DNA of 32,000 nucleotides from positions 14,354-46,353 of the forward strand of contig NZ_CP104094.1 of NCBI RefSeq assembly GCF_033372575.1. Reading direction: 5' to 3'. The notes under the pieces are model-generated. The model was given only the letters and a program-made list of their open reading frames with translations, had not been told where the DNA came from and did no database searches. This document shows, piece after piece, positions 28,242-32,000 of the stretch (positions are counted from its first letter, which is position 1; each line of letters begins with the position of its first letter). The DNA is from Candidatus Saccharimonadota bacterium. GTDB lineage: Bacteria; Bacteroidota; Bacteroidia; Flavobacteriales; Blattabacteriaceae. A program made the translations under genes and the position numbers.

Positions 28242-29162
28242 TTAATTTAAAAGATATTTTTCTACATCTAAAGCCGCCATACATCCAGATCCAGCAGATG
28301 TTATAGCTTGTCTATATTTTTTATCTTGTACCTCACCAGCTGCAAATATTCCAGGTATATTAGTTTTTGTAGATTTTTTTTTAGTAATTATATATCCTGT
28401 TTTATCCATTTTTATTTTATTTTTAAATATTAATGTATTTGGATAACTTCCTATAGCTATAAATACCCCTGATACTTTAATAGTAATAATTTTATTTTTA
28501 TTATTTAATAAATTAATATATTTTAATTTTTTATCACCTAAAAATTTATTTACTTTTTTATTAAATAATATTTTTATATTTTTTATTTTATATAATATAT
28601 TTTGTAAATATTTTGAAGCTTTTAATTTATTTTTTCTAACTATTAAATAAATTTTTTTACATATTTTAGATAATAATATACTATCCTCTAATGCTGTATC
28701 TCCTCCTCCAATAACAGCTACTTTTTTTTTTTTATAAAACATTCCATCACATATAGCACAATATGAAATACCATAACCTAAATATTTTTTTTCATATTTA
28801 ATATTTAAATATTTAGGTAATGAACCAGTTGCTATTATTACTGATTTTGTAATAATTTTTTTATTATCTTTAGTATACAAAATATGTAATTTTTTATTAT
28901 TTAATGATACTTTTAATATTTTATTATATTTTATTTTTGTACCAAATTTAATTGCTTGTTTATACATTTCTGACATTAATTTTCTCCCTAATATCCCTTT
29001 AGAAAAACCTGGATAATTTTCCACAATTGTAGTATTTACTAATTGTCCCCCTGGTAAATCACCAGTATATAAATAATGTTTAATATTAGATCTAGCTAAA
29101 TATATAGCTGATGTATATCCTGCTGGTCCTGAACCAATTATTACACAATCTATAATTTTCAT
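28242..29162 (-). CDS. trxB: Thioredoxin reductase
   Basis: 306-aa ORF with FAD motif IIGSGPAGYTSAIY, redox centre CAICDG, NADPH motif VIGGGDTALED and the C-terminal GIFAAGEV. Confidence 0.9.
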   Translation of the reverse strand: MKIIDCVIIGSGPAGYTSAIYLARSNIKHYLYTGDLPGGQLVNTTIVENYPGFSKGILGRKLMSEMYKQAIKFGTKIKYNKILKVSLNNKKLHILYTKDNKKIITKSVIIATGSLPKYLNIKYEKKYLGYGISYCAICDGMFYKKKKVAVIGGGDTALEDSILLSKICKKIYLIVRKNKLKASKYLQNILYKIKNIKILFNKKVNKFLGDKKLKYINLLNNKNKIITIKVSGVFIAIGSYPNTLIFKNKIKMDKTGYIITKKKSTKTNIPGIFAAGEVQDKKYRQAITSAGSGCMAALDVEKYLLN

Positions 29163-29220
29163 TTTATTAATTTAATATATATATTTATTATATATATATA
29201 ATCCATACAATTTACTTAAA

Positions 29221-30345
29221 ATGTTATTAAATGAAATATTGGAAATAATAAGTGAAGGAGTTTTAGAAATTAATAATGAAAATTATGGTTTTTTAAGATC
29301 TTCAGATTATAATTATATTACTTCACCTGATGATATTTATGTATCTAAATCACAAATTAAATTATTTGAATTGAAAAATGGTGATACTATTAAAGGACTT
29401 ATAAGACCTCCTATAAATGGAGAAAAATATTTTCAATTAGTAAAAGTAATTAAAATAAATGGTCTATCACCTTCTAAAACAATTGATAGATTAACTTTTG
29501 AACATTTAATTCCTCTTTTTCCTAATGAAAAATTTAATTTATCAGGGAAAAAATCTTCTATATCAACTAGAATAATAGATTTATTCGCACCTATAGGGAA
29601 AGGTCAAAGAGCATTAATTGTTGCCCCTCCTAAAGCAGGAAAAACTAATTTAGTAAAAGATTGCGCTAATTGTATTGATAAAAATCATCCAGAAGTTTAT
29701 CAAATAATATTATTAATAGATGAAAGACCAGAAGAAGTAACAGATATGAAAATAAATGTTAATGGTGAAGTAATTTCATCTACATTTGATGAACATCCTG
29801 AAAAACATGTAAAAGTAGCTAATATAGTATTAAATAAATCTATGAGAATGGTAGAATGTGGTCATGATGTAGTTATTTTATTAGATTCTATTACTAGATT
29901 AGCCAGAGCTTATAATAGTATTACTCCTACTTCAGGTAGAATATTATCAGGTGGAATAGATTCTAAGGCATTACAAAAACCTAAAAGATTTTTTGGATCA
30001 GCTAGAAATATTGAAAATGGTGGCTCTTTAACAATAATAGCTACTGCAATGATAGAAACAGGTTCTAAAATGGATGAAGTAATTTATGAAGAATTTAAAG
30101 GTACTGGAAATATGGAATTACAATTAAGTAGAAAAATAGCTAATAAAAGAATTTTTCCAGCTATAGATTTAATTTCATCTAGTACTAGAAGAGAAGAATT
30201 ATTATTAGATAAATATACTTATGATAAAATGTCAATATTAAGAAAATATATATCAAATATAAATTCTATAGATGCAATAGAATTAATAAAAGAAAAATTA
30301 TTAATTACTAAAAGTAATAAAGAATTTTTAGATTATATGAATTAA
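29221..30345 (+). CDS. rho: Transcription termination factor Rho (lacking the N-terminal helix bundle)
   Basis: 374-aa ORF starting at the OB-fold region ([15 protein letters not shown]...PDDIYVS.SQI), with Walker A PPKAGKT, Walker B ILLIDE and the [12 protein letters not shown] loops. Confidence 0.92.
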   Translation: MLLNEILEIISEGVLEINNENYGFLRSSDYNYITSPDDIYVSKSQIKLFELKNGDTIKGLIRPPINGEKYFQLVKVIKINGLSPSKTIDRLTFEHLIPLFPNEKFNLSGKKSSISTRIIDLFAPIGKGQRALIVAPPKAGKTNLVKDCANCIDKNHPEVYQIILLIDERPEEVTDMKINVNGEVISSTFDEHPEKHVKVANIVLNKSMRMVECGHDVVILLDSITRLARAYNSITPTSGRILSGGIDSKALQKPKRFFGSARNIENGGSLTIIATAMIETGSKMDEVIYEEFKGTGNMELQLSRKIANKRIFPAIDLISSSTRREELLLDKYTYDKMSILRKYISNINSIDAIELIKEKLLITKSNKEFLDYMN

Positions 30346-30348
30346 TAA

Positions 30349-31815
30349 TTATTTCATTTGTGGAAATAATATTACTTCTTGTATATATTCATTATTAGTA
30401 AATAATGCTATTAATCTATCAATTCCTATTCCTATACCTACAGTAGGTGGCATACCAATTTTTAATGATTTTATAAAGTCTTTATCAATTACTTTTTTAT
30501 TTTGTTGTTTAAATCTATATAATTGTTCAATTGGATCATTTAATTCTGAATATGCATTAGCTATTTCTTTACCATTAATATATAATTCAAATCTTTCAGT
30601 TAAATTATTATTATTATTTTTACATTTAGCTAAAGGACTCATATATTTAGGATAATCTGTAATAAATATAGGTTTTATAATATTTTTTTTACAATAAGTA
30701 TCAAATATATTATCAATTAATTTATCTTTTTTTTTTATATTTATATCAATATTTAATTTTTTACTAATTTTAATTAATTCTTTAAATGAAAATTTTTCGT
30801 TAATATATAAATTAGTATTTTTATTTATATAATCAAATAATTTTATTTTTTTTATTTTTTTTGAAAAATCTATAATTTTATTATTAATATTTATTGTATA
30901 TTTATTAAAAGTTTTTTTACAAATATATTTTAATAATTTTTGTAAAAAATTCATCATCCATTTATAATTTTTATAAGCTACATAAAATTCTAAAATAGTA
31001 AATTCCGGATTATGATTTTTATCTATACTTTCATTTCTAAAATTTCTTGAAAATTCATAAACTCCTTTAAAACCCCCTACTATTAATCTTTTTAAATATA
31101 ATTCATTAGAAATTCTTAAATATAAATTTTTTTTAAATTTATTATGATATGTTATAAAAGGTTTAGCATTTGCCCCACCTGGAATATTTTGTAATATTGG
31201 AGTATCTACTTCAATAATATTATATTTGTTTAAAAATTTTCTTATATTTTTTATTATTAATGATCTAATTAAAAATAATTTTTTAATATTCTTATTTACT
31301 ATAAGATCTATATATCTCATTCTATATCTTTTTTCTTTATTATTAAATTTATCATATATTATATCATTTTTAGTTTTTACATTAGGAATAGGATAAATAC
31401 ATTTAGATAATAAAATTATTTTTTTTACTAATACAGTATATTCTTTTACTTTAGTAATAAATAAATTACCTTTTATAAATATAATATCACCTATATCTAA
31501 ATATTTTTTAAATAAATTAATATAATATTCATGTTTTTTATATTTTTTATTTAAATTATTAATATTATAATATAATTGTATTTTTTTTTCACTATAATCT
31601 TTTATATCAATAAAAGATGAAGATTTCATATTTCTTATACTTATTATTCTACCTGAAATTAATATTAATTCATTATTTTTAATAATTTTTTTTTTATTTT
31701 TTAATAATAATTTAATATTATAATTAATATTATATCCTTTAGAAGGATACGGATTAATACCTAATATTTTTATATTATTTAGTTTTTCTAATCTTATTTT
31801 TTCTTGTTCTGACAT
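30349..31815 (-). CDS. lysS: Lysyl-tRNA synthetase, class II
   Basis: 488-aa ORF with RYRMRYIDL, class II motif 2 (FRNESIDKNHNPEFTILEFY) and motif 3 (GIGIGIDRL). Confidence 0.9.
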   Translation of the reverse strand: MSEQEKIRLEKLNNIKILGINPYPSKGYNINYNIKLLLKNKKKIIKNNELILISGRIISIRNMKSSSFIDIKDYSEKKIQLYYNINNLNKKYKKHEYYINLFKKYLDIGDIIFIKGNLFITKVKEYTVLVKKIILLSKCIYPIPNVKTKNDIIYDKFNNKEKRYRMRYIDLIVNKNIKKLFLIRSLIIKNIRKFLNKYNIIEVDTPILQNIPGGANAKPFITYHNKFKKNLYLRISNELYLKRLIVGGFKGVYEFSRNFRNESIDKNHNPEFTILEFYVAYKNYKWMMNFLQKLLKYICKKTFNKYTININNKIIDFSKKIKKIKLFDYINKNTNLYINEKFSFKELIKISKKLNIDINIKKKDKLIDNIFDTYCKKNIIKPIFITDYPKYMSPLAKCKNNNNNLTERFELYINGKEIANAYSELNDPIEQLYRFKQQNKKVIDKDFIKSLKIGMPPTVGIGIGIDRLIALFTNNEYIQEVILFPQMK

Positions 31816-31945
31816 ATTTATTTATTTTTTAAATTATTATTAATTTTAAATTTAATTAAAATGTTTATTAAAAAAAAAAAAAATAAATTATTAAATTTTA
31901 ATATATTAAAAAATATAATAAATTTAATTTTAAAAAAAATTTATT

Positions 31946-32000
31946 ATGAATAATAAATATTTAATAGTTGGATTAGGTAATCCAAATAATAAATTTAAAT
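31946..32000 (+). CDS. pth: Peptidyl-tRNA hydrolase, 5' end (runs off the window)
   Basis: The ATG at 31946 is followed by NNKYLIVGLGNPNNKFK, matching the Pth N-terminal signature (LIVGLGNPG..Y). Only 18 codons are visible. Confidence 0.55.
   Translation, partial: MNNKYLIVGLGNPNNKFK

Overview
Extremely A+T-rich sequence (by eye about 85-90% A+T, not computed) and very gene-dense, as expected for a tiny-genome obligate endosymbiont. A DUF4290-type protein, a YqeV/MtaB-like N-terminus and the sufBCDS order point to Bacteroidota/Flavobacteriales, but this is inference only. The genetic code looks standard: TGA ends several full-length genes and Trp is TGG. Contents in order: rsmA; the sufB-sufC-sufD-sufS Fe-S operon; rpmB; a DUF4290 gene; tRNA-Val(UAC); map; a heavily pruned str/S10/spc/alpha ribosomal cluster (rpsG, fusA, rplC, rplD, rplW, rplB, rpsS, rplV, rpsC, rplE, rpsH, rplF, rplR, rpsE, rpsK, rpsD, rpoA, rplQ); valS, grpE, dnaJ, a decayed mnmA, mtaB, ligA, truA; then rpmF, a DUF177 gene and trxB on the minus strand; rho; lysS (minus); and the start of pth. 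I found no mobile elements, CRISPR arrays, defence or toxin systems.

The main signals are:
- A ~285-nt almost pure poly(dA) tract with a 102-nt uninterrupted A run lies at the sufC/sufD junction. It sits inside a 492-codon stop-free SufD frame that has no in-frame ATG, GTG or TTG.
- valS, mnmA and sufD are all broken by frameshifts of the same sign, most of them at poly(A) runs. At least 12 other genes carry in-frame A12-A17 runs. This suggests dependence on, or exposure to, homopolymer slippage.
- Normally invariant genes are cleanly absent from the ribosomal cluster: S12, S10, L16-L29-S17-L14-L24, S14, and L30-L15-SecY-IF1-L36-S13.
- Several proteins have lost domains: RpoA lacks the alpha-CTD, LigA lacks BRCT, Rho lacks its N-terminal helix bundle, DnaJ keeps 2 of 4 zinc motifs, and L2 has a short N-terminus.
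- Several perfect, in-frame or gene-end tandem repeats are present.

All calls rest on manual translation and remembered family motifs. No database search was run.
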